From Anaeramoeba ignava BMAN (taxonomy: Eukaryota > Protista > Anaeramoebae), in the NCBI GenBank assembly GCA_028826165.1, contig JAPDFW010000043.1, positions 1-55,299 on the forward strand: DNA of 55,299 bases, given 5' to 3'. Under the pieces are notes generated by a model, which worked only from the letters and a program-made list of their open reading frames with translations, was not told where the DNA came from and did not search any database. The translations under genes and the position numbers were made by a program. Shown piece after piece: positions 11,948 through 23,133 of the stretch (the stretch's first letter is position 1; each line of letters opens with the position of its first letter).

Positions 11948-13751
11948 TTAATCGAAAGGAAGATCGTTAATGAAACGATACATTAAATCATATGTATTTT
12001 CGGGTTGATCAATCTATTATTATTATTATTTATATTTATTATAATAAAATAAATTTAAAAAAGAATATAAATTTGATAATTATTTTCTTTGTTTTTTTAA
12101 AATTAAAAATTTTACAACTCTATTTTGTTTTAAAAGAAAAAGAATTAATTGTTTAATTTTGAATTTTTAAAATTGTTTAATTTTTAATTGTTAAAATTAC
12201 CTCCATGTCCAGCAAGCACCAATAAGTGTAATATACCAAAGATTCTTATAATTTTTAGTATATCCAGCAACTTTTCCATCAACTTTCCAAACAATTCGAG
12301 TTGAGTTATTAAAATCATCCATATATTCCCAATTAGTAGCATTTAATAAACCAAGAGTTGACATTAAATCAATTATTAAATCATATTGACCAGTAAATAA
12401 TAAAATTTTAGTTCCATTAGCCAAAAGAGCTTCAAATTCTGGTTTAACTGATTTAGACATATCTTCATATAGGTAATGAATTGGAGGTCCATTACAATTA
12501 TACCAAGTTGTATTAGGATCAACTCCAAAAGCTTCTTTTGTTGAATTTGATTCCATAAAATCGTTTAGAACTGACATATTATACTCTCCGTATACTCTTA
12601 TATCATACAAACTTACATTTCCTGACATGTTGACAACATCTTGCCAAATAGAAATCATGCAAGTTGTTGCGTTGTACCAACTTTCATTTTGCATTAAACT
12701 TTTACATTCAAGTTCTCTTGCATAAATTGTTGGATATTCATTAACTCCAATTAATCCAGTTGCATATGAATAATATGAATAATTCATTTGACTATAAGGA
12801 TCTGTTAATCCATCACCTAATATATAAATCAAAAATATAAATTAATATTTAATTAAATATATAAATAAATTTATAAGATATTTAAATTAATATTTAAATT
12901 AATATTTAAATAAAATATATAAAATTAATATTTAAATTGATATATAAATTGATATTTAAATTAATATTTAAATTAATATTTAAATAAAATATATAAAATT
13001 AATATTTAAATTAAAAATTAAATAAATATATAAATAAAATAAATTAATATATAAATTAATATATAAATTGATATTTAAATAAAATATATAAATTAATATA
13101 TAAATCAATATTTAAATAAATATTTAAATCAATATTACCAATAACAACGCCTTTTAAAGGAATTACAAAATTCTCTTGCATAATCTTATAACCAATAGCA
13201 GGAATATATTTTCCACAATAACTAGCACCATAAATATAAAAATCATTATTTTTATAAATCTGAAACTTATCAAAGAAGACAGACAAAGCATTATAGAGTT
13301 GTTGAGCAACCAAAGTTTCATTAATAGGATTACCATCAGGATCATCAATATAAGAATAACCAGCACCAACAGGATTATCAATATAAAGCAAATTAAGCAT
13401 ATCAGTCCAAGAATAACGATTTGGAATAAAAGATCCATCAGATTGAAGGATTGTAGGACCAATTGTCAAAAAGAGACTAGGTTCAGATGCGCATCCTGGT
13501 CCACCAGCAATTATCAATTCAACAGGAGCAGATTCATCCATTGATGGAACAAAGATAAAGAACATATTTGCTCCTGATGATTCGTTTGTTGTAATGTATC
13601 CACTGTAGCTTCGAAATCCTCCTATTTCTGTTTCTGTTTTGCTGTAGATTTCTTCTGCTGTTATGTTGTTTATTATTACTTTTGGATGTGTGTGAATTAA
13701 TTGAAATAGAAATAGAAATCCTATTATGTAAATTAGCAAATTTTGTTTCAT
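11948..13751 (-). CDS. Secreted/lysosomal serine carboxypeptidase (peptidase S10, CPVL-like) copy 2
   Basis: Signal peptide MKQNLLIYIIGFLFLF; SYSGYIT, AGGPGCAS, YIDNPVGAGYSY, GASYCGKYIP (catalytic Ser), GDGLTDP, GQYDLI (Asp), terminal IDQP. Introns at about 12818-13137, 12120-12200 and 12014-12115. Confidence 0.88.
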
Positions 13752-13899
13752 TTTTTTTTCTATTTTAAATGGAATTAGAAAAATGAAAAATGAAAAATAA
13801 AAAATTAAAAAATTGGAAATTAAAAAATTGGAAAAGTCAAAAAAAAAAAACATTTGAAATTGAAATTAAAAAATTGAAAAAATTTGAAATTGAAATTTC

Positions 13900-16800
13900 T
13901 CTTGTTTTTTATTTTAATTTTTTAAATATGATGGAATAAAAACAGAAATTAATGAATCTGCTGTTGCTGCTAAATAAATTTGATATGGATGAAATGAAAC
14001 TGCATGAACCATTCCAAGTTTTTGAACAATAAAAGAATCATAATATCCAATAATATTCAATAAATCTCCATTTGTATTAAAAATCTTTACAGAATGATTA
14101 TTAGAACCACTAAATAAATATTAAAATAAATATTAAAATAAATATTAAATTAAATATTAAAATAAATATTTAATTAAATATTAAAATAAATATTAAAATA
14201 AATATTAAATTAAATATTAAAATAAATATTCCAAAATAAATATTAAAATTAAAATAAATATTTAAAATTAAATATTATTCCAAAATAAATATTAAAATAA
14301 ATATTCCAAAATAAATATTAAAATAAATATTAAAAAAATAATATTCCAAAATTAAATATTAAAATAAATATTAAAAAAAATACTAAAATATTCCAAAATA
14401 AATATTAAATTAAATATTAAAAATAAATATTAAAATAAATATTAAAATAAATATTAAAATAAATATTCCAAAATAAATATTAAAATAAATATTAAATTTA
14501 AAATAAATATTAAAATAAATATTAAAAATAAATATTAAATTAAATATTAAAAATAAATATTAAAATTAATATTAAAATAAATATTAAAATAAATATTAAA
14601 TTAAATATTAAATTAAATATTAAAATAAATATTAAATTTAATATTAAATTAAATATTAAAATAAATATTAAAATAACTATTAAAATATCAATTCAAAATT
14701 ACCAAGCAATTAAAGGACAATAATCATGTATCTCAAGTGCAGTCATCAAACCTTGATAAGGTGTTAATGTTTTTAAAGCATAAGGCTTTCGCAAATCCCA
14801 AAACTTAACATCACCTTGAACAGAACCAGAAATCAAAACTTCTTCTGAATCAAATTGCTTTTTAAAATTAATAATTTGATTCTTATGCTCAGTTAAACAT
14901 TGAACAAGAGACATAGCAGGTTTTACACGAATATCATAAACTAAAAGTTTTTCCATTATAAGATCCACCAAATAGAATATTAGAATTTTTGGATCGTGAT
15001 TCAAACAACTTAAACCACGTTCGCTATTTGTTGGCAAAGTTTGTAGTTGATTTTCTGTTTCAACATTCCAAAGTCGAATCATGCGATTTGCTCCAAATCC
15101 TGATACAATTCCATTATTTGGATTCCAATCAAAAACAGAATTGGAATCTGCAATGTTTCCTTTGTTCTCAAATGATGGGAACATTGCCCATGCTGTTACT
15201 AAACTGGGTTTTTCTTTTGATTTGTTAATATCTTGATTTAAAATTTCTTGATTTTTGATTTTCATTTTGGTTTTCATTTTCATTTTCATTTTGGTTTTCA
15301 TTTTTTTCGTGATGATTATAATTCTCATTTTCATTTTCATTTTCATTTTCATTCTTGTTTTGGTTTTGAATAAAGCAATTCTTCCAAATTTTCACGACTC
15401 CGTTTGTTGTTCCAGAAATAACATAAGGATTTGCAGTCAATTCATTCATTAAAGACAAATAAGAAATTCTTGATTGTCCCGAATTTCCGTTATGGAAATG
15501 ATGAAGTAATTTGCCTGAATTTTCGACCCAATCCCAAACAAAAATTTCATCTTCACCATCGGAACAAAAACAAGCATTGATTCATATGGATGGAAAAACA
15601 ACTGAGGTAACTTTTGCTGTTTGGTTATCAATAACTGCGCGTTGATCGTTGAGTTGGATTTTTGCTTTTTGGATTGATGATTCTTTGACATTTTGGATCA
15701 TTGATCTTTTTGTTTTTTCAATTTCTCTTATTCTCCATGCTTTGTGCTGATTGTTTGATTCTGAGATTTGCGAAGATATTGGAAAAGACATGGAAATTGA
15801 GATTGAAACCGAGTTATTTGCTTGAAAATCTTCAGGAGGAGAATAAGAATTAACACATAAATCAAATAGAGTTGATTGTAAAGGAACCATTTTTTCTTCC
15901 TTTTCGGTTTCTTTTGTTTCCTGACTGATTTTACTTCTTGATTCTTTTGAAGGTTTTTGAGCTTCCTCTTGGTTTTAAATTTGAAACATCGCTTTCATTT
16001 TTATTTAATGGACAACTTTCCATTTCCATTGTTTGATCCTGAATTCCTTTTAATATTTTATGTGTAGCCATTTTATTTTTAGTTGGTGAATTTGAGAAAG
16101 CAAAGCTTTTTGGAATGTTTTTGGTATCAACAGCTTCAGCGAATAAGGATTTATCACTTCGATTTCTTAATAAACCGAGTGCTATTGTGATTTTTATTCA
16201 ATGATCCTTTTCTTGTTTGTTTTTGTTTTTGTTTTTAATGTTGAATTTTCTGTTTCTTCTGAATCAATATATTCTATTGGTTTCCAATGATTTCTTAATT
16301 TATTAATAAAATCATCTGCTAATTCTTTGATTTCATCATAAGGATCTGAACTAAATTGCATTAAAGTGTTCCACCACATTGAAAATATTGCAGAATGATG
16401 ATCTGAGTTTTCATCTTCAATAGATTCAGTTTTAAATTGTGATAATTCTTCATCTATATCCATAGCAACTTTTTGAACTTTTTCTATTTAAAATGAAATT
16501 ATTTAAAATTAAAATTAAAATTAAAAATTAAAATATTTTTAAATTGAAATCAAAATCAAATTTCAACCTTCATGAAGACAAATTAATTTTGATAAAAAAA
16601 CAAGTAATTCTCTTCTAACAATAGGGCTTCCATCATTTGCTGTTCCTAGTAATGAAATACTAATACTAAATTCTTCTGAATTTCTTGATTCTTGATCATT
16701 ATTTTCACTAATTGTATTTGATAATCCATAAATTACACAAGCTCTAATAATTGGATTTGGATCTTTAAGTAATTTGAATAATTTATCTGAAATTCCTGCT

Positions 16801-19434
16801 GCAACTGCTTGTTTTTTTGCTTCTTCAAATCCTTCTAATAATTTTGATAAACATAAACAAGACCATTTTCGAGATTCTGATTTTTCTCCCAATTTTGATA
16901 AACAAATTGGAAGTAAATTTGAATTTAAACAACCTATTTGTGCTTCATGAGAATGATCTAGAATTAAAGAAAGAACGAAAGCAGCAGCAGATTCATGATC
17001 ATGTGAAATTTCAGAAGAAGCTAATAAGTCTATAAAATGTATATAACTTTTTTCTTTTACAATATCAGCTTGGCAAGACTTTTAACAATTAATTTTCAAA
17101 TGAATTTTCAAATAAATTTTCAAATGAATTTTCAAATAAATTTTCAAATGAATTTTCAAATAAATTTTCAAATAAATTTTAATTTTAATTTTGAAATGAA
17201 TTTTGAATTTTAATTTTAATTTTAATTTTAATTTTAATTTTAATTTTAATTTTATTTTTAATTTTATTTTTAATTTTAATTTGAAATTTAATTTTAATTT
17301 TAATTTCGAAATGAATTTTAATTTTAATTTTAATTTTAATTTTAATTTTAATTTTAATTTGGATTTTAATTTCGAAATGAATTTTAATTTTAATTTTAAT
17401 TTTAATTTCGAAATGAATTTTAATTTTAATTTGGATTTTAATTTTAATTTTATAAATGAATTGAATTTTGCTTGATTTGTACTTTATCAAAAAGTAAAAT
17501 CTTTCCCCAAATTGAAACCAAAATCAATTTCATTTCCAATTCATGAGTAGAAAGAAGCATAAGCATATAAGGAAAAATACCAACAGTCAAAGCTTTATGA
17601 ACAGCCCAAGAACCAAGATCCATAAATTTAGCAATTAAATGAAGAGCATGTTTTCTATAGCTTTGACTAAGAAGTAATTGTAATAGAATTGGGAGAAGAT
17701 CTACACCATATTTAGCTTGAGTACCTGAAAGAAGCCAATTTTCAAAACCAATAACATTATCTCTAAAAAAAGTACTTGATTTAAAAACATATGAAGAATC
17801 TGACAGGAATTCAGGTAGCTGAGATATGCAGATATCAACAGCAAGATCCCAGGTTTTCCACAACGGATGTTGATCTGTGGAGGGAAGCTGTGGAATAGAA
17901 AATGGTGTGCAATTCATTGATTTCATGATTCTTTCTGCAAGTAAAAAATTCCGAAAAATTGCTGCAACTAGAAGATCCTCTCGATATAACTTTTGAATAA
18001 ACGATTTTGAAAAAGAACTCCAAGCTATCATGTCAGTTATTGATGTGAATATCCAGTTGAGCTCACCCAATGGGGAGTGTCTTTCCATCAAACGTCCAGG
18101 AATTTTATCAAGATCTTCGACATGAATGTTGTTCAATAAAGTTTTTGAATAGATATTTGAGTGAGTATGCCAAAGAAGTGAGGTTTTAATTGGTGTTGTT
18201 AAACAACTTGTGAATAGATCAGCTGGGAATCTTGGATTTGTTGGTAAATCTTGCTTTTTTTGACATGGTGCTAGTAAAATGTAATCTTTTTCTTCTTCAC
18301 TATTAACTGAATTTAAAATTGTGTTTTCTTTTGATAAAAATGCTGGTGCAAGTAAGTCTGCTTTTGCACAATCTAATACTAAAATTGCTGAGTTCCCAAG
18401 CCATGTTAATATTTCGTATATTGATACTGGTATATATTGTGTGTAATTTTGATTGAAAAACCATAATTCTCGATTTTTTGTTGGTTTTGGTACTCCATGT
18501 CCATTGAAATGAAATAATATTCTTTCGTTTTGGGATAATCTTTGATGTTGAATACATGCTTTTTTAAGGTTATCTACTGATGGATCGAGTAATTGTTCAT
18601 ATCGAATCTTTTAATATTAATTTTAATTTTAATTTTATATTTAATTTTAATTTTAATTTTAATTTTAATTTTGATTTTAATTTTAATTTTAATTTTAATT
18701 TGAATTTTAATTTTAATTTTAATTTTAATTTTGATTTTAATTTTAATTTTAATTTTATAAATGAATTTTAATTTTAATTTTATAAATAATTTTATAAATA
18801 ATTTTATAAATAATTTTATAAATAATTTTATAAATAATTTTATAAATAATTTTATAAATAATTTTATAAATAATTTTATAAATAATTTTATAAATAATTT
18901 TATAAATAATTATACTTTAGATTGCCATCTTTTATATTGTTCTTCAAGTGTATCACCAATTGCAGAAAGTGCTTTTTGTTCATTTAAAGAAAGTGGATTT
19001 ATCCAACATTCAAGAATTGAACAAGGATCAGGTTTTTCAACATCAGGAGGATCAACTCCAATATTTAAACATAAATTCAAAATGGCACTTTTTGTTTTTT
19101 TCTTTTAAATATTTTTAATTTTTAATTTTTAATTTTTCAATTCAATTTTTTCTTTCAATTTTTTCTTTCAATTTACTCTGCTTTGTATTTTCCAACTTTC
19201 ATGTGAAACTTCTTTCATTTCTTCTAAAAATTTATTGTTTTGTTTCATTTCAATTTTATTTTCTAAATAAACTTTTGGTTGAGAATTTTCATTTTCATTA
19301 TTTTCATTTTGATTTTGATTTTCATTTTTATTTTCATTTTTATTTAAATCTGAATTTGAATTTGAATTTGAATTTGAATTATTTTTTATTTCATTTGAAT
19401 TTAAAGAATTAGAAGTAAAATTATTTTGACTCAT
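13900..19434 (-). CDS. RPTOR: Raptor/Kog1 (TORC1 subunit), multi-exon, some frameshifts in the 3' half; 3' end approximate
   Basis: RNC motifs LCLNIGVDPPDV, FHFNGHGVPKP, PADLFTSCLTTPIK, PLGELNWIFTSITD, WDLAVD; HEAT region; C-terminal WD40. Introns at about 19102-19176, 18608-18915, 17079-17482, 16484-16567 and 14110-14702. Confidence 0.95.
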
Positions 19435-19573
19435 AATGAATAATGAATAATGAATAATGAATAATAATAATAATAAAAAAAAGAGAAAGAAAAATGAAAA
19501 AAATGAAAAAAAATGAAAAAAAATTTTTTATTTAAAAAAAATAAAAATTAAAAAATAAAAAATAATAAAATAT

Positions 19574-19640
19574 AAATCTCAGCTCTGTATCTGTCCGTTT
19601 GAAATTTAACTTATTAATCAAACAGGTATCTAAAGAGCTT
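19574..19640 (-). ncRNA. Candidate single-hairpin small ncRNA (H/ACA-like architecture with AGA box)
   Basis: GC-containing island in poly-A/T intergenic DNA. Minus strand reads GCUCU-UUAGAUAC-CUGUUUGA-loop-UCAAACGG-ACAGAUAC-AGAGC-UG-AGA-UUU. TCATTTTT motifs lie upstream on the same strand (19722-19745). Confidence 0.4.
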
Positions 19641-19780
19641 TTAATTATTATTAATTATTTTAAATAAAATTTTTTTATTATTATTCTTTTTTTTTATATT
19701 TTTATTTAACAAAAAAAAAAAATGAAAAAATGAAAAAATGAAAAAATTTAAAATTAAAAGTTAATTTTTTTTTTCCGATT

Positions 19781-21724
19781 TTAAATAATTTTTCTTCTTT
19801 CTTTTTCATATAAAGAATATTGAAAAGAATTTAAATCTGAATTTGGTTTTCTTTTTTCATGTAATTGATTAAATTTTTTAAATTTAAAATGTTCAAAAGG
19901 TTTATAATTTTGATTATTATTAAAATTTTGATTTTGATTTGGATTTTGATTTGGATTGATAATAGTTTCATTGCTTTTGGATTGAGTTCTTAGATAATTC
20001 AAAAAAGGATTTGGTTTTTTATTTTGTGACATAAATTCAGTCATTGAATAATTTTGTGCATTTTCATAATTTGGTTTTTGAATAGGATTTGATAAAACTT
20101 GATTTTTAAGATTTTTTAAATTTGTAACGTTTGGATTTTGTTTTTGATTTATTGCAAAAGGAATTGAGTCTAAAGAATGACTTGATTTAAATTTTAAATT
20201 TTGATAATTGGTATCTGGATTTAAATTATTTGTTTTTGAATTTGTTTCTTTTTTTGGTGAATTTGGTAATGATGAAAGGATTGGAAATTCAGAAAATTGA
20301 TTAAAAAATTTTTTAGGTTTTGATAATTGGTTTTGTTCAATTCTAACTACAATATTATTAACAGAGATTTTTTGAGTTATTAAATTTTGACTAATGCCTT
20401 TTTCTTTTATTGATTTGTGAGTAAGTTGTAAATTTTGATGAGGAATTTCTGAAGAATCAATTATTGAAGTTTTTGATTTTTGGTTTTCTGTTGATAATTT
20501 AGATTTTTGTTCAAGTTGTTCATTATTATTTTGATTTTGATTTTGATTTTGATTTAATTTATTTTGATTTAATTGATTTTGATTTTGATTTTGATTTAAT
20601 TGATTTTGATTTAATTGATTTTGATTTTGATTTTGATTTAATTGATTTAATTGATTTTGATTTTGATTTTGATTTTGATTTTGATTTTCATTGAGTTTTT
20701 GTTCCTTTTTTGTCGCAATTTGAAAATAACTTGATAAAGGTTTGATATTTGATTTTACAGGTTCAATACATTTCTTATCTTTATTAATAATATTATTAAC
20801 ATGAGTTGAAACTTGATAATATTCAAGAGGAATATCTAAAGGTGATAATAATCCTTTTGGATCACTTTGAATATCATAATTTGGATCAAGCCATAAATCA
20901 ATATTTTCCTCATCAAGTAATACAGGCATTCTATCATGAATATGTTTAAGTCTAAGAGATGCTTTTGTTGTTATTACTACAAAATTAAATGATGAATCTG
21001 TTTCTGATGAATAAAGTCCAGCAATTAATAAGACATCACTATTTTTGCTTTTAATAAAATTAGGAATTTTACGTTTTCCTTTTTTTTCCCATTCATAATA
21101 TCCATCAACAACAATAATACATCTATTATGTTGATATAAATTTCTAAAAGTAAATTTTTCAGTCATTGTTTCAGATCTACAATTAATTATAAGGTTTTGA
21201 AATGAACCTTCAAATCCCCATCTCATTGAAGAAAAAATACGATTTTTATTAATTTGTTGAGAATTTTGAGATTGTTGATCTTGTAAAACTTGTGAAGATT
21301 GTTTTTTAACATTTAATAATTTTGGTTTTTCATCTTTAATTTGATTTGAATTTTGGTTTGGATTTTCATTTAAATTTTGATTTAAATTTTGATTTGGATT
21401 TTGGTTTGAATTTTCATTTAAATTTTGGTTTAAATTTTGATTTGGATTTTGGTTTAAATTTTGATTTGGATTTTCATTTAAATTTTCATTTGAATTTTCA
21501 TTTAAATTTTGATTTGGATTTTCATTTAAATTTTGATTTGGATTTTCATTTAAATTTTGATTTGATCTTATATTCATTGTAGTTGGGTTAAATAATATTG
21601 GTAAAAAATCTCTTGGTGAAGCATTATAACTTGGTGAATGTCTTTCTCCTTGAAGAAATTGAGAAGATTGAAATCTTTGGATTAATTGTTCTCTTGTTAA
21701 AGTATGTGCTGTTCTTCCACACAT
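19781..21724 (-). CDS. HMCES: SRAP-domain abasic-site processing protein (HMCES/YedK family) with N/Q-rich insert and long C-terminal tail
   Basis: N-terminal MCGR (Cys2), PSYNASP, MRWGF, INCRSET, RCIIVVDGYYEW, IHDRMPVLL. Confidence 0.93.
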   Translation of the reverse strand: MCGRTAHTLTREQLIQRFQSSQFLQGERHSPSYNASPRDFLPILFNPTTMNIRSNQNLNENPNQNLNENPNQNLNENSNENLNENPNQNLNQNPNQNLNQNLNENSNQNPNQNLNQNLNENPNQNSNQIKDEKPKLLNVKKQSSQVLQDQQSQNSQQINKNRIFSSMRWGFEGSFQNLIINCRSETMTEKFTFRNLYQHNRCIIVVDGYYEWEKKGKRKIPNFIKSKNSDVLLIAGLYSSETDSSFNFVVITTKASLRLKHIHDRMPVLLDEENIDLWLDPNYDIQSDPKGLLSPLDIPLEYYQVSTHVNNIINKDKKCIEPVKSNIKPLSSYFQIATKKEQKLNENQNQNQNQNQNQLNQLNQNQNQNQLNQNQLNQNQNQNQLNQNKLNQNQNQNQNNNEQLEQKSKLSTENQKSKTSIIDSSEIPHQNLQLTHKSIKEKGISQNLITQKISVNNIVVRIEQNQLSKPKKFFNQFSEFPILSSLPNSPKKETNSKTNNLNPDTNYQNLKFKSSHSLDSIPFAINQKQNPNVTNLKNLKNQVLSNPIQKPNYENAQNYSMTEFMSQNKKPNPFLNYLRTQSKSNETIINPNQNPNQNQNFNNNQNYKPFEHFKFKKFNQLHEKRKPNSDLNSFQYSLYEKERRKII

Positions 21725-21931
21725 TTTTAAATTGAAAATTGAAATAAAATTAAAATAAAAAAAGAAAAAGAAAAATGAATTATTTTTTTTTTACTTCCCA
21801 TTTCACTTCTTATATATTGTTTGATTCATCATAATTACTAATTTTTATTTTTTTTTAGTAATTTTTTATTTAAATCAAAAAAATTCAAAAATTCAAAAGA
21901 AAAAAGTTAACTTTCCCCTAATTAATCTTTT

Positions 21932-23047
21932 TTAAAAACACTTCTTATGAACAATAGATGCGCCATTTTCTTGATATTCTTCTTTAGAAATCCACATATT
22001 TTCAAAAGTAGATAATGAACTTAAAATAGATCCTCCAATCCAAACTGAATATTCTCTTTCAGGTGGTGGAATCACTTTAAACCTCATTACAGAGGAAGAT
22101 AATTGGGAAACTTCTTTCTGAAGTCGATTTGCAATCCCAGGAAAATTTGAGGAAGCTCCTGATAAAATAATATTAGCAGAAAAATCTTTTTGAATATCAT
22201 TATCAGATCTTTTAATAGTATTAAAAATTATTTCAGATATTCCTGGTTTTTCTAATCCAATAAGAGAAGGATGGAACAAAGGTTCAAGACACTTAAATAA
22301 TTCATTCCCAAATGCCATAATTTTTCCATCAGGCAGTTCATAATTTTTTTGGATTAATTTTTCTTCTTTATTCATTTCTTGATTAAAATCATCAGCAACA
22401 TAACTCAATTTTTCCTTAATATCTCTAACAATTTCTGTTTCGGAAATTTGAAATTGGATTTCTTTTTCATTCAATATTTTCATTAAATAATCAGTTAAAT
22501 CCTTTCCTCCAAGTTCCAAAGTTGTGACCAAATGGGGAAGAATTGTGCCACTATAATTAGGAGCAAAAAAGATTTCTTCATGTCCGAAATCAACAATAAA
22601 TCCTGTATTTCTTCCTGAAGCATATTGTGATAATGTTCCCTGATTGATAATATAAAAAGCTGGAGTGTTAAATATTTCAAACATAATTTGGGTTGTTTTT
22701 TCTCGGTTTTCTTTTGGATTCAAGGGATGCTCAGTTAATAAAATTGCGTGTTCTTCAGGAGGAATTCTTAATTGATTAAAAAAGGTATAATTCCAAATCT
22801 TTTCCATATCATCCCAATTCCTAATTATTCTTCTTTTGATTGGATATGATAGCGATAATACTTCTCTTTGTGATTGTGCTTCATCACCAATATATTCTTT
22901 GTTTCGGAACTTGATCATTTCATTGTTTGTTTTTGGTCTTCCAACTATTGAATGAAAAATTTTTTTGGGATGATCATCTCCTGAAATTCCTGATTTAATT
23001 GAAAAAGTTCCATTATCAATTACAATTGATGGAATTTCGTTTTCCAT
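21932..23047 (-). CDS. Divergent actin / actin-like protein, intronless
   Basis: IVIDNG, IVGRPK, WDDMEKIW, NREKTTQIMFE, YELPDG, YSVWIGGSILSSLSTF, C-terminal IVHKKCF; 371 aa. Confidence 0.95.
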   Translation of the reverse strand: MENEIPSIVIDNGTFSIKSGISGDDHPKKIFHSIVGRPKTNNEMIKFRNKEYIGDEAQSQREVLSLSYPIKRRIIRNWDDMEKIWNYTFFNQLRIPPEEHAILLTEHPLNPKENREKTTQIMFEIFNTPAFYIINQGTLSQYASGRNTGFIVDFGHEEIFFAPNYSGTILPHLVTTLELGGKDLTDYLMKILNEKEIQFQISETEIVRDIKEKLSYVADDFNQEMNKEEKLIQKNYELPDGKIMAFGNELFKCLEPLFHPSLIGLEKPGISEIIFNTIKRSDNDIQKDFSANIILSGASSNFPGIANRLQKEVSQLSSSVMRFKVIPPPEREYSVWIGGSILSSLSTFENMWISKEEYQENGASIVHKKCF

Positions 23048-23133
23048 AAGTTATTTCAAAAAAAAACCACAAAATTAGAAAAAAATGAAAAAAATTATTT
23101 TTAATTTTGATTAAATTTATTAATAATTTCTTT

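Larger units (their letters stand above)
8397..13800. repeat. Tandem segmental duplication (unit 1 ~8397-11305, unit 2 ~11306-13800) covering the RGS 3' end and the carboxypeptidase gene
   Basis: AAATCACAAAATCTTGAAAATATTCTTCATTAAAAAGCAAATCA and downstream sequence recur at ~8400 and ~11308. Confidence 0.92.

Noticed and set aside
19582-19600. U2 or U6 snRNA (GTATCTGT / GATACAGAG similarity)
   Set aside because: Only 8-9-nt matches; the flanking conserved U2 and U6 sequence and structure are absent.
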